The translations under genes were made by a program, and so were the position numbers. Under the pieces are notes generated by a model. That model made no database searches. It was given only the letters and a program-made list of their open reading frames with translations, and had not been told where the DNA came from. Below, one piece after another: positions 40,153 to 55,100 of a stretch of 64,000 nucleotides of DNA (position 1 is its first letter; each line of letters starts with the position of its first letter). The DNA comes from Bugula neritina (taxonomy: Eukaryota > Animalia > Bryozoa). The DNA lies in NCBI GenBank assembly GCA_964035545.1, contig OZ037772.1, forward strand, positions 6,060,889 to 6,124,888. The letters are read 5' to 3'.

Positions 40153-43070
40153 ATGATCCATTAAAATAGAACTAATAAAGCCAACGACGTTAATGGTATG
40201 TCTAACTAAACATGGCATGTCTGGTATGGCAGTGGGTATGTGGAGGACCAGGCAACCTACGGCCGTCAACCCGTTACTGGCACAACTAGAAGAAGATACT
40301 CAAGAGAAGACAACAGAGTTGTCATGGAATGCTACTTCAAAAGTACACCCAAATTGAGAGGTTATAGAAAAACAATGTATGAGCTCTGTAGACCCGGATC
40401 AAAGAATTATTTAAAAAGAATGTGCAAACGCTGGAAAACAGAGGAGAGTTTAACATCAGCGAATAGAGACTAGCGGATTAAGCAAGAACTATGAAGAAAC
40501 ACAAGCATTTTATGGAAGAAGAACTCCATAAGATTGAAGAAGGAACCTTGCAAGAACTAGGCACATCAATTGGTGAAGAAGATAATGAAGAGCTAAATTT
40601 GCAAATAGAGGATGTTATAGTACAACATGAGATAGCATATAAATCAGCCATGAGAATTTTAAGAGTACCTAGTTCAGAGGTAGAAAAAGTGTTAGTAGAA
40701 AAATTATAAATGAGCATAACAAACTATCTAATGATCGACCAACACTAAGAGCCCTTAGGCACATTGAGAGGGTCAAATTACTACAGGCAGTAAAACAGAT
40801 TAATGATGTGCTAAACTGTGTTGAGATTATTAATACCATTGAGCTTAATAACACCACCATGGCTTGTGCGAAAAATAGTAACAGAACAAGTGTGTAACAA
40901 AAAGGAAAAAGAAATAAAAAGAAATTAGATCAGACTTAAGTAAAATAGCAGAGTGAAAAAGTAGAGCTTACAATGATTCATTGAGAAGAATGGTTGAAGA
41001 AAAATATAGGATAAAGAACAAAGAGTGTGGTGTAGTGATTGAAAAACTGAAGCAAAACCTGAGAGCTGTAAGCCAGAAAATAAACAGATATACAGAATGA
41101 GTTGATCAATATAATCAGAACACAATGTTTACAATGATAAGCGCTTTTATCAAGAATTACGAGGAAATGAATGTACATCTAAAGAGGCACCTGACAAGGA
41201 AATCAAAAGCATTCTGATAAAATATATGGGGTCAGCCAACTAAAAATAATACCAATGCAGAATGACTAAATAAAGTTAGCAACAAATTGGAGCATATGTA
41301 AAGACAAGGAAATTAGATCTTAGAAACGATGCAAACAACTGGAATAGCAATTAATGTCATAAGGTTGATAAGAAAAAGCATGAAACCTGGAAAACACAAC
41401 TGAAATACCTGGAAGAAAAGATAGGAAAAATAAAGATCAAACTAAGAATTTTCCAAGGAGACTCTTTATCTCTATCCCTTTTCTCCAACTACCGATTCGC
41501 ATGACAGAAGCGGCTCAATGATGCAAATTTCGACGAGACAGAAAACAAACCATCTCCTATATGTGGATGACCTGAAGGTAAATAGGAAATCAAAGTTAGA
41601 CCTGGAAGCTTTGGTAAACACTGCCGGGATCTTCACAAGGAATATAGAAATGAAATTTGGATTAAAAAATGTGCCACACTGGTTATGAGAAAGGGAAAGA
41701 AAATCAAGGACACAGGAATCAGTTTGCCTGATGAACAGGTAATCAAAGATCTGGGTGAGAAGCCGTATAAATATCTAGGAGTTCTTGAGATTGATAGAAT
41801 ACAAATATATGAAATGAAAAATAAGATCAAGGAGTACTACAAACAAATAAGAAAAGTTCTGGATTAAAAACTGAATGGTGAGAACACAATCAAAGCAATA
41901 AACACATGGGCAGTAACAGCAGTGCATTACACAGCTAGAATACTTGACTGAACTGTTTCATGAGCTAAAAAATATGGACTGAAAGACAAGGAAGCTAATG
42001 ACAACAAACCGTGCACCCTATCCGAGAGCAGATGTAGGCAGGCTGTATTTTAGCAGAAGGGAAGGCGGTAGAAGAATGTTGTCAACTGAAAAATGCATAA
42101 AGATTGAAAACTGCAGCATGTCAGACTACATAAATAAAACATAGACTGATAGAAACACCACACTGAATACCTTCCTAAAAGACAAAACGGCGGTAGAACT
42201 AAATAATGATAAAGTGATAGAAAGAACTGATGAGTGTAAAGAAAAGCTTCACGTGGTCAATACATCATCAAAATGGTGGAAGACATGAAAGCATTTTCCT
42301 GGAACTGGTTGAAGTATGGTTGGCTGAAAAAGGAAACAGAAGGACTGCTGACAGCTGCGCAAGATCAACTATTCACTACTAGAAATTATAAAGTGGCTAT
42401 GGTGAGAGAACAGGGTAGCAAGAAGTGTGGAATGTGTAACGCAAGAGACAAAACTTCGATGCACGTATTGAGTGAGTTTGAGAAGGTAGCAGAAGGAGAA
42501 TATATGAAAAAACACAACCTTTTGGCATTGATAATTTCAATAGTAGTTGTGTGAACTTCGTGGGTTTCAGAAAAGTAAGAATTGGTACGGCCATCAAGCA
42601 GAATCAGTACTGGAAAATGATAATGTAAAAACCTTGTAAGATTTTAACATACACACTGACGTAGTCATCAAAGTTAGGAGACCCGATATATTAGTAGTTG
42701 ACAAGCATAATGCTGAAACAACCATAATTGATATCACAGTCCCTGTTAACTACAGAGTAAAAGAAAAAGATTCGAAAAGTTAGGAAAATATCAGAATTTA
42801 GCACTAGAATAAACCCGCCTTTGAAAAACATAAAAAAGTCATCCCGTTGTAACTGGAGCCTTTAGAGCTTTATACAAGATTGTAGACTGGCTGACACTAC
42901 TTGGAGTAGCTGAAAACAAATGCTCATTAATTCAGCAGACACCCTTACTAGGATCAGGATAAGCTCACATCCTGAGGAAAGTTCTATCCATTTCAGCCTA
43001 GTATAACTAGGCCAATGGTAAAAGGTTACACCAGCTAAAAAACTACGGTCAATCAACAATAATAATAATA
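40153..43070 (+). mobile_element. Decayed R4/Dong-clade non-LTR retrotransposon (RT plus restriction-like endonuclease), nested in the giant element
   Basis: N-terminal RRRYSREDNRVVMECYFKS..RGYRK; RT motifs IFQGDSLS, HLLYVDDLK, FGLKKCA, YKYLGV; WLKYGWLKKETEGLLTAAQDQ; CGMC..HVLS zinc knuckle; RRPDILVVDK..IIDITVP endonuclease. Many stops and frameshifts, part of RT deleted; AAT repeats at both ends. Confidence 0.9.
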
Positions 43071-46000
43071 TACAACTATATTAGTGCAGTTGGTTCTATT
43101 ATTAGATTAGCATATCGATTATGACTTTTCGATTGCCACCCTGATACTATGAGTAAAATGTACAAGCATACGTGAAAGTATAGATATGATCATAAGTATA
43201 AAAATAGGTATAAGTATAAATATAAATATAGGTACAAGTATAAAACGAATGATTATATTATTAATAATATTAGTCAGTGATACCTATAACCGTAATGGTT
43301 TTTAGACTTACAGTTATCATTAACATTAGCTGAGTAATATGATTAGTTAAAATAATGGTATTCATTAATATATCATAGTTATAAGTTATAACTCTAGTCT
43401 CTAAAGAGCAACAGCAAGTGTAATTGGGATATTCATATTAAATTTCATATTCACATAGTGCAATGTTTATGTTATGAACTAATTTATTCCTTCAACATTT
43501 AACTATAAATATGATTAACACTAACTTTGACCAGCAGTATTACTAAAAGAAGCGTATTACACATATAAGATAATAAAATTCTAGTAGTGGGACTAATAGT
43601 ATTACTAGGTCCGGTATTATTCTTGTTATCTTATTCATCATTCATGAGTTATCAAATTTAAAATTACTACTTATTAGCATCAGCATATAAAAAGTAAGAT
43701 CATTAGGAATAATTATCATGAGGTATGATCTATGATTTGCATTATCCATATATAGTTTAATACCAATATGATATATTATTATTGCTGATAGTCTATGTTA
43801 TAGTTAAATTTATACTTATCTTTACAGTTACCTATAGTAGCACTTATTAGTTATTTGTGGTAGCCAAACTAATGTTTAATATTAATAAATTAAACTGAGT
43901 ATCATAAAAGTGTTACTAAGAATTTTAATTATAATCGTAATGGTGATCATATTATTTTATTATAATTATTATATTTTATCACTAATGCTAAACTGAGTTA
44001 ATGTATATACTTTGAGTTTTACTATTACTCATTATATTTACACTTATAGTAAAACTAAATATGTAAAAGTTATACTTATACTATTATTATTCGTATTTCA
44101 TTAGACTTACATCTAAGATCGCAGTCCTATTACTACTACCACTGATACTAGTACTACAACTAGTACTAGTACTACTACTACTACTACTAATAGTACTGTT
44201 ACTACTACTACTACTAGTACTACTACTAGGTCTACTACTGTACTAGTACAACTACAAACTTTGAAAATAACTGCAAGAAAGGTATGACTTACTCTTTTTC
44301 TTAGTCTTACTGTGACTCTCAGTCGTAATGTAAAATAAAATTGTGAACTGTAAAGTTAAACCCAAGGCTGAAATTTATTTAATTAAATTTAGACAATCTG
44401 AATCATTGGCTCAATCCTTGAGTTTGACTATTACTATTATTATTAGTGTTACGATTGTGATTATCATTGGCATTATGATTATGCCATTATGATTATCATT
44501 ATGATTGTAATTGTGGTAATTCTAACATTAATTATAATCATAAATTAAAAGGTAATGATTAATGATAATTATTTTCATTTTGTAATCATAATGATAATCA
44601 TAATGATGTAAATTTTGATGTAAAACCAAAATACTAAAACTAAAAGTAAAAGTTAGAAAATTAAATGATAAAATATTATAATGATAATTATAATTATTAT
44701 ATTTATTATATTATTATTGAATATATTATTTCATTAGAAAATAGGTTGCAGCGTAGCATGATTAAAATTCAGTAAAAATTAGTTTACCAACAGCAAACAT
44801 GCATGCGTCTTGTCAACATTCAATTCGTAGTGCCATAGCGAAGCCAGATTACTTGTAGTACGACTACTAGAACTACTACTACTAGTGATGGATTACAGAT
44901 CCTTGGCGATTTTAGCTGTGAGTGACCTTCACCTCACATTCTCGTCATGCGCGCGGCATTAGACTAAGTAGAGGGTATAAAGCACTGAGCTGGAAAAGAA
45001 ATAATATATTTTAATTATAGGTAATACTAATGGTAATATAATTTATGGGAATATATAGGTAATATTATTGAGTTCATTGGTATGGAGTATAGACCTATCA
45101 CTGATAGTATCAGTATCAACTACCACTTACGTACTACTTCAACTTATAACTTACCTTCAACTCAAACTGCTTGAAATCATTTGTCTTTGATCATATTGGC
45201 ATTGTCATTGTGATTGAAATAACTATTAATATTTTTAGTTCAACATCAATGCCGAACATATTGTAATAACTAATAAGATAATCATAAGGTTGATATACTT
45301 TGCTAATACTAATACTAATAGTAATAATAATAGTTATAGTAATTCAGTATCACTCTCACTCTGGTGCAGTGAGACTCAGACTTAGAGTTAGAGACAGAGT
45401 GAGTCCGAGTAAGTCTGAGTGTTGGTAATAGTAATACTAATAGTCATATAAATTTAAATTATATTTACTTATTTCTAGCAATCACAATGGCAATAGTTAT
45501 AGTAACTTTCACTTACTCTTAAATCATTGAACCTGAACTAAAAGTAAAATTAAGCATTATGATTATGATTATCATTATGATTATACCTATGATTTTATTA
45601 TGTTTAAATTAAAAATCAATATCATGATAATATCATAGTGATAGACATATTATTGATAAATGATAATATAAAAGTAATTTGATAAATTATACATTGATTT
45701 TGAATTAAGGTGATACTGATACTAGACCGGTACTGAAAGTGATAGTAATACTAATAGTAATAGTAATAGTCATATAAATTTAAGTTATATTTACTCATTA
45801 CCGGCAATCACAATGGCAATAGTAACTTAAACTGTAACAGTAATGGTATGGGTATGTTTGAAATTGTCACTATCAGTATTGCTATGAATCAAAATATAAT
45901 GCTATCATACCAATAATTTAAAATAATATTACAAAGCTTCGGTAGCAACTTTTACTTGTACCAGTTTGGAATTTTGAATTATACATATTCTTAGTTAAAG

Positions 46001-48799
46001 TCTTCAAGTTTATTGTCAAAATGAACTTGAAATTAAAGACTTAGTAGTAAAAATTAAACTAAGACTGACTGTAAGTGACTAAGATTAAAAATAAGTAATT
46101 TTAAATATCGATTTAGTATTTTTCTTACTCTTTGTCTTAAAATTGACTTTTATTTTGCACCTACTCCTGGTCAATGATTCTTTTTTCTATTTATATTACT
46201 ATTGCTATTAGTATAATTGACTTAAATTTAATAATATATATGATTATATCTTTATAAATGTGATATTTGATTTTATGAATAGTAATCCGAAAACTCTTTG
46301 GTATTATTTATTTTTGATCATTGTAGTTATTATCATTATATTTGTATAATAATTATGATTATCAAATTCAATATTTGTATTATGGTATGGATATCTGCCT
46401 CCATCCCATGTTCTGTTTTACAGTGCCTTTTTACATTCACGTCTAGGTTCACATTGCGATGGTCATACTGATAGCACTTGGGGACAGTGATGAGCATAAT
46501 GATTATCACTAATATTAAGATTATCGTTATTAGGATTTAGAATAATTTAATAAACAAGCAACTTAAAACAAATGTTTTTACTAATATACATATTAATTAC
46601 TAATATAAATATACTACTATGAATATTATAATTATTATACTTTACAATTCAAAGTAAGATAATCATAATACGAACTGGTAAAACTAAATATAAAGTAAAT
46701 GTAATAATACTAATAGTAGTTATCCATTCCCCTTTGGTTTCACATACTAATAATTGGAAACCTCTGTCCTAATATTATTTCTATTAATATTGCTCAAAGT
46801 TTGATCCCTATTTAATTTTATAGTTCACTCACCAGCTACATAATTTTATTAAAATACATGTGGTATTGGTTATAGTACTAGTGAAACTTGAAGTTGAATA
46901 GCATGCTTATTACTCACTGCTCTTTGCTTACATTATTAGGGTTACTCTTTAGTCTTAGAGATACCCTAACATAAACTTGAAAGCTGGAGGTAGTACTAGT
47001 CTAGTGCTGTGTTAATCCTACACTGTTGACTTATCAACACTGTGACTATAATTATGACTCCTAAGTCAAAGTCATTTTCATATAGTAGTAGTCACTATGA
47101 CAGACTGAAAGTCAGGAAGACTAAATATAATGGTAAAGTGTGTAAGAATAAATCATACTTAATCAATTACTTTTAGTTTTGTTACCAGTGTTGGGTCAAC
47201 TTTCAGAATAAAGAATAAATATAATTATAAAGATAAATGGATAAAAATTCCAATCATGGTTTAATGTGCCTATTTTAAGCTGTTAATTTAATTACTATAA
47301 TATAAGTGCTCAAAATACAACTTTTGATTTTCATAATTATGTTTTAATTTAATACAGATACCATAGTATCATATACAGTAGAATCAGTTGTATCTTATTT
47401 AATAATGAAGTAACTTATTGGAGCTTTCACAGTTATTAATTATTTACTTGTTAGTCTTTGAACTGGGACAATGTTTGAAACTTGAAGTAGAATGAAGTTT
47501 GAGTTCAGTTACCGCAATGGTATCTGCAGTCACAATAGGAATACGCATATAACTATGTTTATATTTGTGAAAAATATATAGTCAAAACTAGATAAGGTAA
47601 TATTAATTATAATTGGTTTCACTTTCAATATATTCCTATAAACTGGAAAATAGACAGAAGCATTTAATCATGAAAGTAAACCTAGTGGAAGTAAATCAAT
47701 TCACTAAGTATAGTAAAATATTTACTATTCAGTAAGTTTATTTACTTTAGTTAATTGTACTTGATTATTTCTGTCGGTTTTTCAGTTGATTTTTCTACCT
47801 TTTGCTATAGCATATCAAACTACCACAAAGTCATGCTTCCGTATTACAATTATAAACATAGTGTTACTGTGTAATGTTATAGTAATGTAATAGTAATATT
47901 TGGATCATTGTAAGTATTTCTGTTGTTGTACTGATTGATAAATATTTTTTAGCTTGCATGGATATTTGCAACGATCAAGATGTCATTTGAACCTGGACTG
48001 GAATAAAGATGGCAAATCGAGAAGCTAGCTACAATTATTCTGCAGAAAGAAACTTGGTAAGCAAAAATAAGCTGCAGCATTAAGCAGTAAGCAATATGAC
48101 GATGAACTTTGCTTGATTTTGATTGACCTTAAAATATCTGGTCACCTTTCACCAACGTGGTCCTGCGCGGGTGGCGGGTGACCTTAAAATATCTGTTGCA
48201 CGTAAAATAAATTTTGTGACAGTCAAAAGTATGCTGATCTTTGTCGTATTTCAGTGCATCGGTGTCTTAGCTTAAGAGCTGAACCCAACAATTATGATCT
48301 AAAGCTGTTTTTTACTAGAAAGTGATTTTACTGTCTTTCTGATTATTCTTGGTTTTTCAGCTTGATGAATTGAATAAATGGATTTGATTTCGGGTATTAT
48401 GTAATGGATGAAAGAAATTTTTCTTAAATTTGTACTGAGCAATTTTTGCTATTGCTATGATGTTTAGTGATAAAATTGCACCCTTAATAACCCTGAAAAC
48501 TTTCATTACTAGCATTTGTTTATGTTCATTTTTAGGAAATTAAAATGAAGACACAACTCACCGATGCTATCTCACTGTGCCTGCATGCAGTTTATCTAAA
48601 AAGGTACTCCTATTAGCTGGCTCTTGCCCAATACCTGGTTGTCTCTGTAACTATTTTTTGCTCGCAGATGAGTTTTTTGAACTTGACATTTTATTGATTT
48701 TGAAAGTTATAGTGAGCTTTGAACTTGCTAGCATCGTTTTTAAAGACTTGCTGCAGTTTTTATCAACATTTTTTAAGTCAATGGTGTTAGTTTGGAAGC

Positions 48800-49102
48800 T
48801 CTCTCACTCCTCTCTCTGTCTCTTTCTCCCACACCTTCCACTCAACCTCTCTCTCTTTCTCCCCCTCTCTCCCACCCTCCCTCTCTCCCTCCCACCCTCC
48901 CTCTCTCCCACCCTCTGTCTCTCCCACCTTCTCTCTCTCCCACTCTCCGTCTCTCCCACCTTCTCTCTCTCCTAACATTTCTCTCTTCCCTTTTCCACTA
49001 TCTCTCTGACTCTCTCCCTTTCTCTCTTCTACCCCATTTCTCTTCCATCCTCTCTCCTAACCGTTCTCTCCCACCCCCCCTCTCCCACTTTCTTTCTCTC
49101 TC
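48800..49102. repeat. CT-rich polypyrimidine low-complexity tract
   Basis: CTCTCTCCCACC-type repeats; source of the L/S/P and E/G/R ORFs. Confidence 0.85.
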
Positions 49103-52100
49103 TAGTTTGCATGGCTTTACCCAATTTTGGTTAATTTTTTCATTTTGTTTCAGAATATCCAAAAGGAAAGCTAAAATTTATTTAATATATATTATACCAA
49201 CTTGAGTTTTACATACAATATCAAATAAATGCTGTGTTTTGTTAAAACAATGTTTGCAACTTTGTAGTATATTCAAATTCATAATTTATTTGTAGAGTCA
49301 CACAACAAGACACTACTCTGACACACTCACAAGTTGCCAGTGATCCAGCAGTATAGATGATTGTTTTCTCCACTGGCTATGCTGTCACGCTTTACTGTTG
49401 TGGTGTTTGAAACAAACCAATTGTTTGCCTACGCAGATTAGGGTGAGAAAAAAAGTGAGAAATGAAAGCTGTTTTTAATACCAACTACACTTAGTTTTTA
49501 TTGAATGAAAAACAAAGTGAAATCATTAGTTATCCGTTAAATGACTATATCACTGTTTATAAAGATGAAACACAAATAATCTTATAATATGCTAATGAAA
49601 TTTGGCTTTCAAATAGCTTTTTTCTGTATATTTGTTGAGGAAGTTTATCTTCAACAAAACTTCGTAGCTGTTGAATATGTGGAGAGTATTTTGTATTGTA
49701 TAAATTTATAGAGTAAAAGGTTCTCATCAAACTTTTACAACTTAGCTCATTGACGGTTTAAAAGTGTGAGTCACCCTTCACACTATAGAGTTTTATAAAG
49801 TTTTAATGAATGTGCAGTATTTTATAAAATATTGTGTGTCTCGTAAATTTAGCTATTTCTACCTTTTCAGTAAGATTGGAGTAAACACACCTCAAAATTC
49901 ACATCTGGTATCACATTGATTTATCGCAAGTCAAAGTACACCTACTAACTCTTTCTTCCTTAATACCTGCTTGCTTTTGCACTTCTACTCATTTCATATA
50001 CCTAACATTTCTCTTGCAGATGAATTACTTCTTTTAAGTTGTAAAAGCCTTAAATAGCATGAAATTAATGAGGTTTAAACCGTGGCCACACTAACTATTG
50101 ATGCGTTTATTGATGGGTTAAATTACACGAAAATATTGTCTCTTTCTTTTTAGTTTCACCTAAAGTATTACATACTATTGATGGAGGCTTTGCTGAAGTT
50201 TTTGGGTGATGATTTGTCAATAATTTTCCAGAGAAGATGATGGCATCATTATGCAGTTTCCAAATTTCTTTCGGCTTTGCTCTAGTGAAAATGTTGGAAA
50301 ACAATCAACAAAAAGGTTTGTACCATAAACAAAGTTATTGTGTGCGTGTTGTCAAAGCATAAAGTGTGCTGGAAATTTTTAGGTTTCTGTTGAGATGCGT
50401 TTTTGCTTTTCCTGCATGAAAAAAGTTCCAGTTTCAGTTAATATCACTAGCAGAGTGCCCACCTATATTTTAAATCATATTGATGCATAAGTCCTTTTTG
50501 TAATATTAAAAGTATAACTTGCTTAATTGCTATTCACTGCCCTTTGAAGTTTCCAACTGTAATTAATTAGTTGATTTGGCAGCATAGTATCAATGATTGA
50601 TGAAGGCAGCCGATATAATTATAAGCATAAATATCTATATCTACATGAAGATGTCATTCCCAATGATTGTTATTTTGAAATCAGCTGATTAAGTTATCAC
50701 AAACTAAACATTTTGACCAGCGGCTTGCAATGCAACTCGGTGAAATTTCAGACCTAGATAAATTGAATTTCTTACTGAAAATCGTGAAGGTATTAAAGTT
50801 TAAAGTGAAAGTTTAAAGGGTCATCTCTCTGCGAATTCTAATAGCATGGTGCCAATTAGACTTGAAAAAAATTCAAGGCACTACAAAGCACTAAGCCCAT
50901 TCTTACAAGTAGTTTCAAAGTGCACTGGAATTTCAGTTTACTTGTCATTGTATAGAATCCTGATCTACACTATAGGCCCTATAGCATTCACTATTGCCTG
51001 CTTCTTCTAAGCATCTATAATGTATTAACTACAGTTTGCTTTGAGAAGTGAATTTCTACTTGGTATTTTTTCCTTATCGTTCTGTTGTTTGCCAGTAGTC
51101 TTAATTTAATGGATTTTCCCTTTTCAAAAGTGGTTGTGACAATCAAAACACACCATGCAGCCTGCAACTACACAATCAGTCAGTAATTTCTTCCATTAAA
51201 GTAGCTCTTCTGGTTACTCTTGCTCACCTAAAAGCCTGAGCCTCATTCAAATTGCAATTTTTTAGAGTTGTTAGTTTTTCATGCAGTCTTTCATTTTTTT
51301 TTTGTTAGGCACAAAATTAGTATTCACTAGACCTAATCTTTCATCTGCATGTATGCCTATTGTTTGTTCATTAAAGAAAAACCTCTGCTGAATATTGAAC
51401 TAATAATGAAAATAAATTCCCTAAAGTAAAAGTAGCAGTGTGATTTTGGTATTACAATTAGTTGTTAGCATAGTCAAGTTATTGACAGGAATTTTCAAAT
51501 TGAAATGAATGAATTTCATTGTAAGTCAGCAAGATTTAGTCTAAGTAAACATAGCATTACATCGTGTTTTATTTAGCATTTGCAGAAGGCAACATATATT
51601 TTAAGGATTATTGTAAACTTAAATGTAATTTTAAGTACTTTCCATGTTTGTTATTGTAGATGGTCTTGTTCTTTAGGATGGATGTGACAACTCCTTGTGT
51701 CAAGCTTAACTGATTGACTACTGAATCCCAATCATATGTTTTGCCAAAAAATGTGAAAATGGAGTGCATGTCTACTTTATTTGAGAAAATATTAAAAATA
51801 CTTTTGAAACTTCATCTAGCCAAACAATACAACAGTTTCATTTTATTTAAAAAATATCATTTGCACAAAAATGTATTATGTAATCGAACAATTTCTAGAA
51901 AAAAGTGCTTTCCTCCAGTTTTGCTAATGAACTACATTTTTCATTATATGCTTGTCTTTATAATTTTATGAATTGTTTTTTCTGGTGAGTCAATTAAAGT
52001 CAATTCAACCTAAAAAAGTCTGAATTTCAGACTTAATTTCAAGCTAGAATATTCACATTTTTAGGTCTGCGTTTGCAAACATTGTTGTGTTACTTTACTT

Positions 52101-55100
52101 TTTATATTTTTTGAAATAAATATCTTTTTAGCTTGTGCCTATTCATGATTAGAATAGTATAATAATATTTAACTTTTCTTCAGTTTCAATAGATGAAAAT
52201 GTTGATCAGTTGGAGTATTCAGTTTAGCTGAATTTTACTTGCTTCTGCGAAAACAATCTTTTGGAGTTGTCTGCCCTCTCTTTAGGTAATTTTTTGCCCT
52301 ATGGTCAACGCAATAATTATAACTTTTTAAAGATGCTTGTGAACCTAACAATATAGCATAACTATCAAACCACATTATTCAATATCTGCATAAAATTTAG
52401 CCGATAAGCTGCCACCCAATGAGCTTGAAAAGATATTAGAATTCTAGCTCAGTGCTGCCATTAATGTAGATATTTATAATGATATAAAGCCAAAACTCAT
52501 TATTTATAATGATATAAAGCCAAAACTCATTATTGCATGAAATTATCTAACCATTCCTGACAAAGAATCGAGATAATAACTCCAAAGTTGGTCAGTTAAA
52601 ACCACAGCAATAATACTTTAATCGTTATAATTGTCAGGTTTAATTTTATACCAAGCCCCAATAAGTACATATAACTATGACAACACAGCCTAAGCACCTC
52701 CAATGCAAAAAATTTAGTATTGTGGTGCTGCAAACTACTGAGGTGCATTTTTAACATTGCTTATATAAATCTTGGAGTAATTTGGTCTAAAGCTAAAACT
52801 TTAACATAGGCGGTATCGTTTGTACATTTACTGGGCGTACTCGCTCAATTAACCTGTGAATAAAAAAGTTTAAAAAGACATAATACATGTATCTGTGATC
52901 TGGGAAGGGTTAAGTCATAAATTCAAATAAGTAAATTTAAATAATGCCCTAGTAGAATCAGTTACTCAGCTATTTTTAGATGCATGCAGTTTTCAATAGA
53001 AATTTTGGAATTTTATACGGTGAGATAATGAAATAAAGTTGTATATTTTGACATCAATAAAATAAACTGTGACTTTATAAACAAGCCAATCATTAAAAAT
53101 TACATTTCAACTTTATTTCAAAAATTGCCAACAAATTGAAATAATTAGTCTATTAAATCAGTTTGACTCACTATTGGTGTGATTCACATACTGTGTGTAC
53201 ATAAAAAATTGTGTAAAACCAACAGTTTTGAGCCAATTTTTAAAAAAATTGTTTAGTTATCAACATAATTTATGTACACCCATCAAATAATATTAATATT
53301 ATATTTTGGTTCAAGCTGCTGGCACAATTCATGTATCAACTTGGTAACATCTGTCTTTGCAATGTTAGAATGGGGTATATATGTGGTTATTTTGTTAGTG
53401 CATAAAATTTTTGCCTAAGTTTGATGCAAAATACTAAAATTTCAAAACTTTAGGCATCTGGTAATTTGCAATATTAAAGTTAAACATATTCTTAATTGGC
53501 AACATTTTTTCTAAACTTCTCCAAATAACCAGCACATAACCATGAATTTGCGCCATGCACTTATTCGATCCTGAAAACGTGATACCATATTCTGAAACTT
53601 GCTCATAGCTTAAACGTTAGTGTATACAGTGTATAATCTGTATACTGGCTATAAATTATAAGCTAGGTGTACAATGGGTATTTGAACAAAGAAATTATTT
53701 CAATGCACGGTGTACTCGTAAGAAGTTACTTAGGTGCACAAATAAAGCAAATTTTGCATAAAAGGAATAGCTTTTACTGAAAGGATTACATACAACAAGC
53801 CATTATTTCAGGCTATACAGAGCATTGTTGGCTTTTAATGCAAGCTAATAATACACTTTCTTTAATAGCTGGTTGTAGAAAGACTTTCGAACTGCCCTTC
53901 CACAGGGGTTTATTTAAAGATCTGAAAAACATGGAGATTCGCCAAAATACAGGTTAGACCACTAAACATATATTTGGTATCACTTACAAATGTAATAAGT
54001 TATCAGACGCAACTTAATAGAAAATTATAATAATAATGAAGAATTAATATTATATATACTCAAGTTTATCTTTTAACTAACACTATGATCAGTGAGACTA
54101 TAGCTATAAGTTAAACGTTAATTTATCATCCTAGTACTACTAGTACTACTATAAGAGGTGTAACTTAAAGTTAGACCAGTAGAACTATAGATATATTTAA
54201 TTTCATTGTCTCAGTAGTTTTTAATTTAAAACTAGAAGTCTCGCATTATAATTCTATGTCAAATGTATTGTAACAAGCTGCTGAGGCACGCCTCTTGCGC
54301 CTTATGGTGATCTAGCGTGTGCTAAAGTTGAAGAAGTAAGTAAGTATCTCCCATGTTAAATTTAATTTTAAACTTTTAAACTTTAGAGTTAATAATAATA
54401 TTAAAAATAATAATTGTATTATAGATGATAAATTGAAAATGTTTGTAAACTTATGTCTTAAATAAATGTAATGTCAAGTTATTGCTAATTTAATGTATAT
54501 ATTCCTACATTAATTTTTAAAAGCAACTTATTTGCAAAATTTGTTTTTTAATCAGAAAAAAGTTTGTTTTAATTAAACTTTATAGTCTATGTTAATATCA
54601 ATTATTATTTCATATTTGTAAGTTCACAAATTTTTCTTTTCAGATAATCCTTTTCACTACTTTGGTTATATTGATTACTCTAATATGGAAAAGCAATCTG
54701 ACTCTGAAGTTGGAAAGAAGGATGCTAAGTAAACACTATAAAGTGCTAATTCTATTCATTATGCAAGTATTTTATATGACGTGGAATCAACGTCGCAGAA
54801 ATACAATGCACATGGTGATCATTTTTATCAATTTTATGATTGTACAAGCATCTTGAATCTCTTCCATAAGCAACTATATTTAATTACAGAGTCTTTTCAA
54901 AAGATTGTTGCTTTTTGTTCAATAAAACGTTTGTTGCAGTCTATTAAATGTGTATAATATTTGCAGGCAAACAAGTATGAATTTTCTTCAGGCTATTATC
55001 ACACCTGTGACTACTTGAAGCTAATAAAAAATATCTAGGCTCGGCATCAACTAGAACTGCATAGGCGGATAGATGGGATTTCAGCAATTTCCAAGTATAA

